A DNA stretch of 64,000 nucleotides. Origin: an uncultured Gemmatimonadaceae bacterium. Lineage in GTDB: Bacteria; Gemmatimonadota; Gemmatimonadetes; Gemmatimonadales; Gemmatimonadaceae. Location: contig CAVXGK010000002.1 in assembly GCA_963761305.1 (NCBI GenBank), positions 2,752,001 to 2,816,000 of the forward strand, in the 5' to 3' direction. The stretch's first letter is position 1. Every line of letters starts with the position of its first letter. Below, one piece after another: positions 50,515 through 60,608 of this stretch. The notes under the pieces are model-generated. The model was not told where the DNA came from, did not search any database, and saw only the letters and a list, made by a program, of their open reading frames with translations. The position numbers were made by a program, and so were the translations under genes.

Positions 50515-50558
50515 TTTTTAGCGCGTTTTTAGCGCGCGCTTAACGATGTCTTAGCCTC
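50515..50558. promoter_or_regulatory. Four TTA(G/A)C boxes at 11-bp spacing, putative OmpR/KdpE-family binding site
   Basis: tttttagcgcg tttttagcgcg cgcttaacgat gtcttagcctc in the divergent tolC/adaptor promoter region. Confidence 0.65.
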
Positions 50559-50609
50559 ACGACCGAGCGGCCTGGCGATCCTTCGCCTGACTCGATTGGG
50601 AGCTCGCTG

Positions 50610-51803
50610 GTGCGTTGGGTGCGATGCGACGAAAGAAGGCGCCACAGGTTGGCGACCATGGGTTTTCTCTTTGCGGCGGCGGCCACGACGATCCCCGGCA
50701 TCAGTTGCGGCCGGGCGTCGGCCGGCGAGAATGGCGGGCCTGAGGCTCGCGTCGCCGGCGCGCAGCTCGAGTTGGCAGCGAACAGTCCGCATCTCTCGGC
50801 GCTGACGACGGCCGCGGCGGTCGCCGATTCTGCGTCGGCGATCTCGCTCAACGGGCGTCTTACGTGGGACGAGGACGTCACCGTTCGCGTCTTCTCGCCG
50901 TTCGCCGGCCGCGTCACACGCGTGTTGATGGATCAGGGACAGCGAGTCGCAACCGGAGATGCGCTGGCGCTGATCGCCGCGCCGGATTTCGGGCAGGCGC
51001 AGGCCGACGTGCGGCGCGCGTCGGCGGACTTGGATCTCGCGCAGCGGACGCTCGCCAGGCAGCGCGATTTGCTGGCGCACGGCGTGGTGGCGCAGAAGGA
51101 CGTCGAAGCGGCCGAGGCCGACGTAACGCGATCGCGCGCCGAGCACGAGCGCGCGGTCGCGCGCCTGTCGTCGTACAGCAGTGAGACGACGAGCGTCGAT
51201 CAGATGTTCTCGTTGCGCGCGCCGCTCGCCGGTCAGGTCGTGGAGCGGAACATCACACCGGGGCAGGAGGTGCGGCCCGATCAGATGCTCGCCAACGCGC
51301 CGCAGCTCTTCGCGCCGCTCTTCGTCATCACGAATCCGTCGCGCCTCTGGGTCATGCTCGACGTACCCGAGGAGGATCTGCGCTTCGTGCACGAAGGCGC
51401 GGCCGTTGCGCTACACGCGCAAGGCTATCCGGGTCGCGCGTTTCGCGGACGCGTCGCATTGGTGGCGAGCGCGTTGGATCCGAACACACGAACGCTCAAG
51501 GTGCGCGGCATCGTCGACAACGAGGACGGATCGCTCAAGGGCGAGATGCTCGTGACCGTCGATCTCGCGCGACCCGCGGCGGCGCGCACGGCCGTGCCCG
51601 AGGCTGCGGTTCTCCTCAACGGCGATTCGCACGTCGTGTTCGTCGAGCGGGCGCGCGGCCGGTATGAGCGACGCGCGGTGGTCGTCGGCGCGGCGCACGA
51701 CGGCCTGGTTCCGGTGATCTCCGGGCTGAGTCCGGGCGAACGGGTGGTGGTCGGCAGTGCGCTCTTGCTCGAGCAATTGTTCCAGACCACCGCGCATTCG
51801 TGA
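50610..51803 (+). CDS. RND efflux periplasmic adaptor subunit (CzcB-like)
   Basis: VFSPFAGRV, LRAPLAGQVVERN, LDPNTRTLKVR, GLSPGERVV; start uncertain. Confidence 0.9.
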   Translation: MRWVRCDERRRHRLATMGFLFAAAATTIPGISCGRASAGENGGPEARVAGAQLELAANSPHLSALTTAAAVADSASAISLNGRLTWDEDVTVRVFSPFAGRVTRVLMDQGQRVATGDALALIAAPDFGQAQADVRRASADLDLAQRTLARQRDLLAHGVVAQKDVEAAEADVTRSRAEHERAVARLSSYSSETTSVDQMFSLRAPLAGQVVERNITPGQEVRPDQMLANAPQLFAPLFVITNPSRLWVMLDVPEEDLRFVHEGAAVALHAQGYPGRAFRGRVALVASALDPNTRTLKVRGIVDNEDGSLKGEMLVTVDLARPAAARTAVPEAAVLLNGDSHVVFVERARGRYERRAVVVGAAHDGLVPVISGLSPGERVVVGSALLLEQLFQTTAHS

Positions 51804-51816
51804 CCGGGCCGGTCGC

Positions 51817-54800
51817 ATGATTCGACGCGTCGTTTCGTTCGCGCTGCATCAGCCGTTGTTCATGCTGCTGATGACGCTGCTCTTCATCGCCGGCGGCATT
51901 TTCGCGTTCGAATCGCTGCCGATCGAAGCGTTCCCCGACGTCTCCGACATCCAGGTCAACGTCATCACGCTGTACGCAGGGCGCGCCGCCGAGGAGGTCG
52001 AGAAACAAATCACAATCCCGATCGAGCTGAGTCTCGCCGGCCTGCCGCACAACGTGCGGATGTTCTCGCACACGCAGTTCGGCCTGTCGTATATCGTGCT
52101 CACGTTCGACGACAAGGTGAACGACTACTTCGCGCGCCAGCAGGTGCTCGAGCGCCTGCAGACCGCCGACCTGCCGAACGGGGTCACGCCGCAGCTCGCG
52201 CCTCTCTCCACGCCGATCGGCGAGATCTATCGCTATCGCCTGCGGGGCGACGGGATGAGCCCGACCGATCTTCGCACCATACAGGACTGGACCGTCACGC
52301 GGTATCTCAAGTTGACGCCCGGCGTCGCCGACATCGTGACGATGGGCGGCTTGATCAAGCAGTACGAGGTCGTGCCCGATCTGGAAAAGCTTCGCTACTA
52401 CGACGTGTCGCTGCTCCAGATCTCCAACGCGCTCGGCCGCGGCAACGCGAACGCCGGCGGGAGCTACGTCGGAGCAGGGAGCGCAGCAGTATCTCGTGCG
52501 GGGCATCGGCTTGCTTCGATCTGCCGAGGACATCGGCAACGTCGTCGTGGCCTCGCGCGGCGGAACGCCGATCCTCGTCAGGGACGTGGCGCACGTGACG
52601 GTGGGCGCCGTACCGCGCCAGGGGATCGACGGGCAGGACAAGGACGACGACGTCGTCACCGGCATCGTGCTGATGCGAAAAGGCGAGAACCCGTCCGTCG
52701 TGCTGGCCGCGCTGAAGCAACGCGTGAACGAGCTCAACGCGTCCATCCTGCCCAAGGGCGTCAAGGTCGACGCGTTCTACGATCGCACGTGGCTGATCGA
52801 CACGACGCTGCACACGGTGTTTCACAATTTGGCCGAGGGCGCGCTGCTCGTGGCCGTCGTGCTGCTGCTCTTCCTCGGCAATCTGCGCGCGGCGGCGATC
52901 GTCGCCGTCGTGATTCCGCTCTCGCTCCTCGCGACGTTCATCGGACTCACCTGGCGCGGAATTCCCGCGAACCTGCTGTCGCTCGGCGCGATGGACTTCG
53001 GCATCATCGTCGACGGCGCGGTGATCGTCGTCGAGAACATGTTTCGGCGGCTGTCCGACGGCAAGGCGCGCGACGTGAACGCGCTCCGCGAGACGATCCA
53101 TCGACGCGACGGCCGAAGTCGGCCGGCCGACGTTCTTCTCGATGCTCATCATCATCGCGGCGAACATCCCGATCTTCACGCTGCAGCGACACGAGGGGCG
53201 CATCTTCGCGCCGATGGCGTGGACGATCACGTCGGCGCTCATCGGCTCGCTGCTGCTGTCGCTGACGCTGGTGCCGCTGCTCTGCTATCTGCTGCTCCGC
53301 TCGCGCTTGCCGCACGAAGAGAACTGGCTCGTGCGGGCCTGCAAGCGGATCTACGAGCCGGTGCTGCGATCGGCGATGCGCGCACCCGGCCGCGTCGTCG
53401 CCACGGCGTTCGTCGCGCTCGCCGCGAGCCTGGCCGTCGCGCCGCGGCTCGGCACCGAGTTCCTCCCCGAGCTCAACGAAGGGCAGATCTGGGTCAACTT
53501 CAACCTGCCGCCGGGAATCTCGGTGCCCGAAACGATGGCGCAGGTCGCGAAGGCGCGCGCGGCCCTGTCGACGATTCCCGAGGTGACCACGGTCGTCTCG
53601 AAAGCCGGGCGCCCGGAGGACGGCACCGATCCTAAGCCGATCAACATGGTCGAGATGTTCGTCGGCCTGCTGCCGCCCGGACAATGGAAGCGGCACGTCA
53701 GCAAGGACCAGGTCATCGCCGAGATGGACAGCGCACTGGCGCCGATTCCCGGGATCGAGGTGAGCTTCTCGCAGCCGATCCGCGACAACGTCCTCGAGAG
53801 CATCTCGCAGATCGATGGGCAGATCGTGGTGAAGGTGTTCGGCGACGATCCCGCACAGCTGAGCAAGACGACCCACCAGGTGCTCGAGCAGGTGAGCAGC
53901 GTTTCCGGTGTCGAGCGCGCGTTCATCGATCGCGATGGACAGGTTCCGCAGGCGCGTATCGACATCGACCGCGCGCGCGCGGCGCGCTACGGGCTCAACG
54001 TCGCCGACCTCGAGGACCAGCTCGAGATCGCGCTCGGCGGACGCTCGGCGACGGATCTCTGGGAAGGGGAAAAGCACTTCGCCGTCGTGCCGAGGCTCGC
54101 GCCGGCGGATCGCGCGCTGCCGGCGCTCGAGCGAATCCCGATCGACGCGGGCGACGGCGTGCGCATCCCACTCGGCGACGTCGCGCACTTGACCGAGACC
54201 GCGGGCGCGATGAACATCGCGCGGGAGGACGGACGACGCGTGATGGCGGTCGGTGTGTTCATCCACGGCCGAGACATGGGCAGCGTGGTGAAGGACATGC
54301 AGGAGCGCGTGAGCCGCTTGTCGATGCCGGCGGGGTACAACGTGACCTGGAGCGGTGAGTTCGAGAATCAGGAGCGCGCCATGCGGCGGCTGACCGTGAT
54401 CGTGCCGGTGAGCGTTTTCCTGATTTTCCTGCTCCTCTTTCACACGTTCAACTCTGTGCGCTACACGGCGCTCGTGCTGCTCAACGTGCCGTTCGCGATG
54501 ATCGGCGGCATCTTCGCGCTGCTCGTCACGGGATTTCCGGTCAGCGTGTCGGCCGCCATCGGATTCATCGCGCTGTTCGGCCAATCCGTGTTGAACGGCG
54601 TCGTGATGATCAGCGTGTTCAACCATCTGCGGAGCCAGGGCATCGGCGCCGAAGATGCGGTGTTGCAGGGATCGTTGATGCGCATGCGGACGGTGCTGAT
54701 GACGGCGCTGCTCGCCACGCTCGGTCTGTTGCCGATGGCGCTCTCGCACGGCATCGGATCGGAGACGCAGAAGCCGTTGGCGATCGTGATCATCGGCGGG

Positions 54801-54962
54801 CTGACGACGGCGACGTTGCTCGTGCTCGTCGTGCTCCCCGCCCTCTATCTCGTGCTCGCCAGACGTGAGTCTCGCGCGCCGGTGGCTGCGTTCGGCGCAC
54901 CGCCGATCGACGGGCTCGTGCCCGCGGCGGCCCCATCGCATTCCAACCAGGCGAACCAATGA
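51817..54962 (+). CDS. CusA/CzcA family heavy-metal RND permease, with two +1 frameshifts (about 52471 and 53098)
   Basis: LPIEAFPDVS, ANLLSLGAMDFGIIVDGAV, EFLPELNEG, SAAIGFIALFG, GSETQKPLA spread over three ORFs. Confidence 0.92.
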
Positions 54963-55456
54963 CGCGGCGCGGAATTCGTCGGACGACTTGGGTCGCGACT
55001 TCGCTGCTCTTTTCGGCGGCGGCCTGCGCGGGGCACATGCCGCACATCGCGCAGTTCGAACGGCCCTCGCAGCTCGCCGGCGAGTGGATCGACGTTCGCC
55101 ACACGTCGCCCGGAGACACCTCGCTGTGGGTTCTTCGTACCGATGGATATGACGGCTCGAGGCACATCGCCGCGACGACGCTGGCCAACGGAGCCACGAG
55201 GTCCGTGACCAGCGAGCATCGCTACGGGTCGTGGTATTTCGCCGGGACCTTCGCCGACACCGCGCATCGCGCCCTCTGCTTCGCGAAACGGCTCGGGCGC
55301 GACGGCCCCACGTGCCTCACCTTCGACGTCGACACGGCCGCCGTCGACGGAGTCGCACGGCGCCGCCTGACGATTCATGGCTACCAAGGAGCGCACCACA
55401 CGGGCGATCGCACGCTCCTCGAGCGGCCCTTACCGGCCGTTGCGCGACGGCGGTAG
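54959..55456 (+). CDS. Hypothetical lipoprotein
   Basis: AAAC lipobox-like site, LAGEW; ATGA overlap with the RND stop. Confidence 0.65.
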   Translation: MTRRGIRRTTWVATSLLFSAAACAGHMPHIAQFERPSQLAGEWIDVRHTSPGDTSLWVLRTDGYDGSRHIAATTLANGATRSVTSEHRYGSWYFAGTFADTAHRALCFAKRLGRDGPTCLTFDVDTAAVDGVARRRLTIHGYQGAHHTGDRTLLERPLPAVARRR

Positions 55457-56419
55457 CACGCCTCGCGTTCGCAGCCAGTCGATCGTCGACGAAATCGTCT
55501 CGCGTCCGTTGCGAAACGTCACGCCAAGCTCGCGCTCCGCCTTTCGACTGTCGGCGAACCAGTAGAGGGACGCGTACGGCACGACGTGCGGATTGAACGG
55601 CACCGGGATGTGCAATTGAATCACGGTCTTCGCGATGAACCGCGACAGACCGTTCGGTACGTGCACGACCGGCACGTGGCGGCCGGTCAGCTCGAGCGTG
55701 AGCTCGGCCAGCTGGCGCACCGTGAGATTCTCTCCGCCGAGGATGTATCGCTCTCCTGGCCGGCCGCGCTCGAGCGCGGCGATCATGCCTCCCGCGACGT
55801 CGTCGACGTGAACCACACCCGTTCCACCGTCACAGACGAGCACCGGAATCGCCTTGGCGAAATCGATGAGATTCGCCGCCGTGCCGGTGCCGGGATCGCC
55901 CGGTCCGTACACCTCGCTCGGATTCACGATGACCACCGCCACACCCTTCGCCGCCGCTTCCTTGGCGAGCAACTCGGCGCGATGCTTGGCGTGCGCGTAG
56001 TGCAGTTCCGGATTGCGGACGTTGAACTCGGCGTGCTCGTCGAAGACGATCGGTTCGTCCGACGCGCCGATTGCCGCGGTGCTCGATGTGAGCACGACGC
56101 GATGCCCGGGCAATCCGGAGGCCGCGTCCAACACGTTGCGCGCCCCGTTGACGATCACGTCTTCGAGACCTGCCGCATCGTCGGCGTGCCAGCTCCCGGG
56201 CGCCGCGAGATGAATGGTGCCGTCGCAGCCGCGCATCCCCGCTCGCACCGAGGCGGCATCGCGCACGTCGCCGTCCGCGCGCTCGAACGTCAGCCCGTCG
56301 ATGCGCTCCGTGTTGCTCGTCGCGCGCAGCAAGCACACGACGCGATGACCCTTTGCGATCAGCTGGCGCACGACCGCCGATCCGATGAAGCCGTTGCCGC
56401 CGGTAACGAAGATTCTCAT
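55430..56419 (-). CDS. NAD-dependent epimerase/dehydratase (extended SDR, HpnA/DFR-like)
   Basis: TGGNGFIG, TSS, YAHAK, VHVDDVA, GERYILGG. Confidence 0.92.
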   Translation of the reverse strand: MRIFVTGGNGFIGSAVVRQLIAKGHRVVCLLRATSNTERIDGLTFERADGDVRDAASVRAGMRGCDGTIHLAAPGSWHADDAAGLEDVIVNGARNVLDAASGLPGHRVVLTSSTAAIGASDEPIVFDEHAEFNVRNPELHYAHAKHRAELLAKEAAAKGVAVVIVNPSEVYGPGDPGTGTAANLIDFAKAIPVLVCDGGTGVVHVDDVAGGMIAALERGRPGERYILGGENLTVRQLAELTLELTGRHVPVVHVPNGLSRFIAKTVIQLHIPVPFNPHVVPYASLYWFADSRKAERELGVTFRNGRETISSTIDWLRTRGVLPPSRNGR

Positions 56420-56528
56420 GGTCCAGTTGGCGTGAGATTTTCCGACGAGCCCGCCACCCCGGCAAGCTCCTTGATAGTAAGGGCTATGGAGTCATCCGAA
56501 GTTCCTTGGTGCGATGGGCGGCAGTCGT

Positions 56529-57005
56529 ATGACGAATCGAATGCTTTTCCTCGCGGCAGCGTTTTGCATGTTGGTGGCCGATCGTGCCGCGTTCGCGCAG
56601 GACAGTTCGGCCGGCCGTGTGTGGACCAGCAGTCCCGCGGGCCTGTGGAGTACCATCAGCGATCGCGACGGAAAGCCGATGGGCGTCGTCGAGATCCGCG
56701 AGGTGAACGGCGAGCTCGTGGGTGTCGTGCGCCGAATCCTCATCGACACGGGTCCCGAGGACAGCGTGTGCGACAAATGCTCCGACGACCGGCACGGTCA
56801 GCCGATCCTGGGCATGGAGATCATCCGCCACATGAAATGGAACGGCGACGAGTGGAACGGCGGCGAGATCCTCGACCCGGAAGACGGCAAGACGTATCGG
56901 GCATCGATGAAGCTTTCCGACGACGGCCAGAAACTGGTCGTGCGCGGGTACATCGGCATTCCGATGTTCGGCCGTTCGCAGACGTGGGTGCGCCACCAGG
57001 AGTGA
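56529..57005 (+). CDS. Secreted DUF2147 domain protein
   Basis: GLW.T, CDKC, GGEILDPEDGKTY, VRGYIG..FGRSQTWVR. Confidence 0.9.
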   Translation: MTNRMLFLAAAFCMLVADRAAFAQDSSAGRVWTSSPAGLWSTISDRDGKPMGVVEIREVNGELVGVVRRILIDTGPEDSVCDKCSDDRHGQPILGMEIIRHMKWNGDEWNGGEILDPEDGKTYRASMKLSDDGQKLVVRGYIGIPMFGRSQTWVRHQE

Positions 57006-58234
57006 AGGGCTGGCGATTCGCGCTCGCGTCGGCGCCATACGGAAGTTTCAACGGGTTGGTCGCGGTCGGTCTCCCCTACGTGCTGCGGCAGCGTGGCGTC
57101 GCCGTCGAGCGAATCGCGATCATCGAAGCCCTCGTTCAGGCGCCGGCCATCTGGTTCTTCCTCTGGGGCCCGGTGGTGGACCTCGGACTGCGACGGCGAA
57201 CCTGGATCGTCATATTGAGCACCGCCAGCGCCGTGTGCGCCGCGGTGGCACTCGGCGGCGTGGACGGCTCGATTCGATCGCTGACCACGTTGTTGGTCAT
57301 CGCCTCGGTCTTCGCCCAACCGGTGTCGAGCGCCATCGGCGGCCTCGTGGCGACCGTCGTACCGAACGAGAGGCGCGGCCGAACGGCGGGTTGGTCGCAG
57401 GCCGGAATCTTCGTGGCGGGCGTGATCACCGGCGCCATTGTGGTGTGGAGCAGTGGGCGCGTTTCGCCGAGCATCGTCGCGCTCCTTAGCGGTCTGCTCA
57501 TCGCCGCTCCGAGCCTGGCCGCGCTCACGATCGAGGAACCGCGCCCCGAGATCGCCGGTGCGGCGCGCCACTTTCGCAGCGTGCTCGACGACGTCCGAGC
57601 GTCGTTCAGGCATAAAGACGCGTGGCTCGGACTCTTGTTCTTTCTGAGTCCGATCGGCGCCGGAGCTCTGATGAATCTCTTTTCGGCGATCGCCTCGGAA
57701 TTCCACGCGTCGGGGACCGTTGTCGTGTGGACAGTGGTGCTCGGCGGCGTGCTCACGCCGATCGGAGCACTGATTGGCGGCGCGGTTTGCGACCGGTTCG
57801 ACCGCTGGCTCATCTACCCGATCGCCGGACTCACTGCCGGCCTGAGCGCGGGTGCGATGACGATCGCACCCCTCTCGCCGACGGCGTTTCTGGCCGGCGC
57901 CGCGTCGTATGCCCTGACGATCGGAATCTGCTACGCCGCGTTCATGGCGCTGGCCTTTCAGCTCATCGGCGCGAGTTCACCGGCCAGCGGCACGCGGTTC
58001 ACGTTGTTCATGGCTGCGGTGAACGTGCCCGTCGTATACATGCTTCGCCTCGACGGTTGGGGGCACGCGCGATTCGGCGTGCGCGGAATGCTCGCTGTCG
58101 ACGCACTCTCGAACGTGGTGTTCGGAGTCGTGTTTCTCGTGCTGGTGCTCGTCGCCGGCGGTCACGCCCGCGTCGTTGCGCGCACCGATTCGGAGACGGC
58201 GCCTACGAGCCGGTCGATGTCGTCCACCGTGTGA
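57002..58234 (+). CDS. MFS transporter (AmpG-like)
   Basis: FLWGPVVD..RRRTW, P.ERRGR, GTRFTLF; about 12 TM helices; GTGA overlap. Confidence 0.85.
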   Translation: MKGWRFALASAPYGSFNGLVAVGLPYVLRQRGVAVERIAIIEALVQAPAIWFFLWGPVVDLGLRRRTWIVILSTASAVCAAVALGGVDGSIRSLTTLLVIASVFAQPVSSAIGGLVATVVPNERRGRTAGWSQAGIFVAGVITGAIVVWSSGRVSPSIVALLSGLLIAAPSLAALTIEEPRPEIAGAARHFRSVLDDVRASFRHKDAWLGLLFFLSPIGAGALMNLFSAIASEFHASGTVVVWTVVLGGVLTPIGALIGGAVCDRFDRWLIYPIAGLTAGLSAGAMTIAPLSPTAFLAGAASYALTIGICYAAFMALAFQLIGASSPASGTRFTLFMAAVNVPVVYMLRLDGWGHARFGVRGMLAVDALSNVVFGVVFLVLVLVAGGHARVVARTDSETAPTSRSMSSTV

Positions 58235-59370
58235 CGCGCGTTCATGATGAAACGGAGCCGCGCCTGACCGAACCCCACGGCCGGATAGAGCACGGCGTCG
58301 ACGTGGAATCCAGCGTCGCGCAGGTCACGGGCGACGCGCGTACAGTCGAGTTCATCACCCAGCACGAGCGGCACGATTGCCGTCGCGGTAGCGGGCAGGT
58401 CGAACCCGGCGGCGAGCATGCTCGACACGAAGTGCTTCTGATTCTTCCACAGGTTCTCACGTCGTTCGGGCTCGTCTTCCACCATGTCGATCGCCTCGAG
58501 CACGGCAGCGGCCTGATCGGGCGGCAGCGTCGACGTGAATCCATACGCGGCGCAGCCGGCCTGGAGCAGCGTTCTGAGATACGAGTCCGTCGCCACGAAG
58601 CCACCGATGCAACCGTAGGCCTTGCTCAGTGTGCCCATGGTGATGACGCGGTCGCTGTCGATGCCGAAGTACTCCGTCGTCCCGGCACCCGTCGGGCCGA
58701 GCACGCCGGTCCCATGCGCGTCGTCGATGTAGACGACGGAATCGTAACGCTCGGCGAGGGCCATCATATCGGGCAGCGGCACGACGTCGCCGTGCTGGCT
58801 GAAGACGCCGTCGGTGACGATGATGCGGATGTTCGCCGTCGACGTCGCCAGCTTTCTCTCGAGGTCGTTCATGTCGAGGTGCTTGTACGCGATCGACGGA
58901 GCGCCCGACGCGCGGATCCCTTCCCGCAGGCTCAAGTGGTTGAACTCGTCCGTGAAGAACGCGTGCTTCCAAGTGGAGCTCGGCACGTAGCCGATCGCGC
59001 GGGCCAATTGCGTCGAACGCACCAACATCGGCAGGACGCCCAGGTTCGTGAGGAAACCCGTAGCGAACAGCATCGACGCTTCCTTCAGCTTGAGCCGCGC
59101 GAGACGAGCCTCGAGTCGATCGTACAGGTCGAGGTTGCCCCCGAGCAGCCTGGATTCGCAGTTGCCGACGCCGTAGGACTCGAGAGCCTTTCGCGCGGCC
59201 GCCTTGAGCCGCGGACTCGTCGCCAGCGCGAGATAGTTGTTCGTGCTGAACGACACGATCGTCCGGCCGTTCCACACGAACGCCGGGTCCGGCAGCGAAG
59301 ACGGAACGATATCGTCGTGTGGGTTGGGGCGTTCGTCGAACCAGGCCGCGAGCTCGCGAAGGTCGCGCAT
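58162..59370 (-). CDS. PLP-dependent alpha-oxoamine synthase (BioF/Kbl/SPT family)
   Basis: FSTNNYLAL, SRLLGGN, DEFNHLS, TDGVFS..GD, DDAHG, GTLSKA (PLP lysine). Confidence 0.92.
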   Translation of the reverse strand: MRDLRELAAWFDERPNPHDDIVPSSLPDPAFVWNGRTIVSFSTNNYLALATSPRLKAAARKALESYGVGNCESRLLGGNLDLYDRLEARLARLKLKEASMLFATGFLTNLGVLPMLVRSTQLARAIGYVPSSTWKHAFFTDEFNHLSLREGIRASGAPSIAYKHLDMNDLERKLATSTANIRIIVTDGVFSQHGDVVPLPDMMALAERYDSVVYIDDAHGTGVLGPTGAGTTEYFGIDSDRVITMGTLSKAYGCIGGFVATDSYLRTLLQAGCAAYGFTSTLPPDQAAAVLEAIDMVEDEPERRENLWKNQKHFVSSMLAAGFDLPATATAIVPLVLGDELDCTRVARDLRDAGFHVDAVLYPAVGFGQARLRFIMNARHTVDDIDRLVGAVSESVRATTRA

Positions 59371-60602
59371 CAGTATCGCTTGGCGATGAGGACGGAGTTC
59401 ATTCCCCCGAACCCGAACGAGTTGGACATCACGGCGTCGAGCCGCACCTGGCGAGCTTCATTGGGCACGTAGTCGAGATCGCAGGCCGGATCGGGACGAT
59501 CGAGGTGGGCCGTCGGCGGCACGACGTTCCTGGCCAGCGCCATGATCGCGACGACCATCTCGAGCGCTCCGGCTCCGCCGAGCAGATGTCCGTGCAGCGC
59601 CTTGGTCGACGAGACGCAGAGGCGCCGCGCGTGACCACCGAACGCCTCCTTGATCGCGTTCGTCTCGACGAGGTCGCCGACTTGCGTCGCCGTGCCGTGT
59701 GCGTTGAGGTACCCGACGTTCTCGGCGTCGAGCCTCGCGTCGGCAAGCGCCCGCCGCATCGCTCGAACCTGCCCTTGCGCGTCCGGTCGCGAAATGTTCG
59801 ACGCGTCCGACGCGTTGCCATAGCCGGCCAACTCGGCGTACACTCGCGCGCCACGGCGCTCGGCGCGCTCGGCGGATTCGAGGACAAGGGCGGCCGATCC
59901 TTCGCCGAGTACGAGGCCCGTGCGGTCGGCCGAGAATGGCTTGCAGCTGCGCGACGGATCGACGGGGTCGGCGTGCGCGAGTGCGCGCATGGCATCCCAC
60001 GCGGCCAGGTTGCCCGGCGTGATCAGCGCTTCGGATCCGCCGGCGAGCATGACGTCGGCGTCGCCGTTGCGGATCAGCCGCTGCGCCTCGCCGATGCTCG
60101 CGGCGGACGACGAGCACGCGGTCGAGATGTTGAGCATCGGGCCGCGGAATCCGTGAGCCATCGAGACGTGCGCGGCCGCGGCGTTGTTCATGCCGAGCAC
60201 GACGGCCGTCGGCCGCACGCGTCGTCCGGCCGACTCGAAGTATCTCTTATACGAATCCTCGATCGATGCCGCGCCGCCGAGTCCAGTGCCCCAATAGACG
60301 CCGGCGTCGAGGAGCTCCTCTTCGGTCAGCGAGAGACCGGCATCGGCGATCGCTTGCGCTGCCGCGACCAGCGCGAACTGCGTCACGCGATCGTACTGCG
60401 ACGCTTCGCTGGCGGGCCAGTGGGCCGTCGGATCGAGGGCGACCTGGGCGGCGACGAGGGAGCTCGGCGTCGTCGATCCGGGGGGGGGACACGACACGGG
60501 CGCCACGGCGGACCGAGCGCTTCCGAGATTGCAGAATAGCTCGTCCGCGGTGCGGCCGCATGGCGCGATGACGCCAATCCCCGTGACGAGGACGCGCCCC
60601 AC
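59370..60602 (-). CDS. fabF: Beta-ketoacyl-ACP synthase II family (FabF/NodE-like)
   Basis: TACSSS, NAHGTAT, TKALHGHLLG, SNSFGFGG Cys-His-His triad. Confidence 0.92.
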   Translation of the reverse strand: MGRVLVTGIGVIAPCGRTADELFCNLGSARSAVAPVSCPPPGSTTPSSLVAAQVALDPTAHWPASEASQYDRVTQFALVAAAQAIADAGLSLTEEELLDAGVYWGTGLGGAASIEDSYKRYFESAGRRVRPTAVVLGMNNAAAAHVSMAHGFRGPMLNISTACSSSAASIGEAQRLIRNGDADVMLAGGSEALITPGNLAAWDAMRALAHADPVDPSRSCKPFSADRTGLVLGEGSAALVLESAERAERRGARVYAELAGYGNASDASNISRPDAQGQVRAMRRALADARLDAENVGYLNAHGTATQVGDLVETNAIKEAFGGHARRLCVSSTKALHGHLLGGAGALEMVVAIMALARNVVPPTAHLDRPDPACDLDYVPNEARQVRLDAVMSNSFGFGGMNSVLIAKRY

Positions 60603-60608
60603 GGCCCT

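Noticed and set aside
55586..57001. 882-aa ORF 55586..58234 as a single protein
   Set aside because: The N-terminal part is antisense to the SDR and out of frame over DUF2147; only 57002..58234 looks like a real MFS protein
58162..59370. Naming the AOS gene bioF or spt
   Set aside because: The motifs are shared across the AOS family, so specificity cannot be assigned without phylogeny
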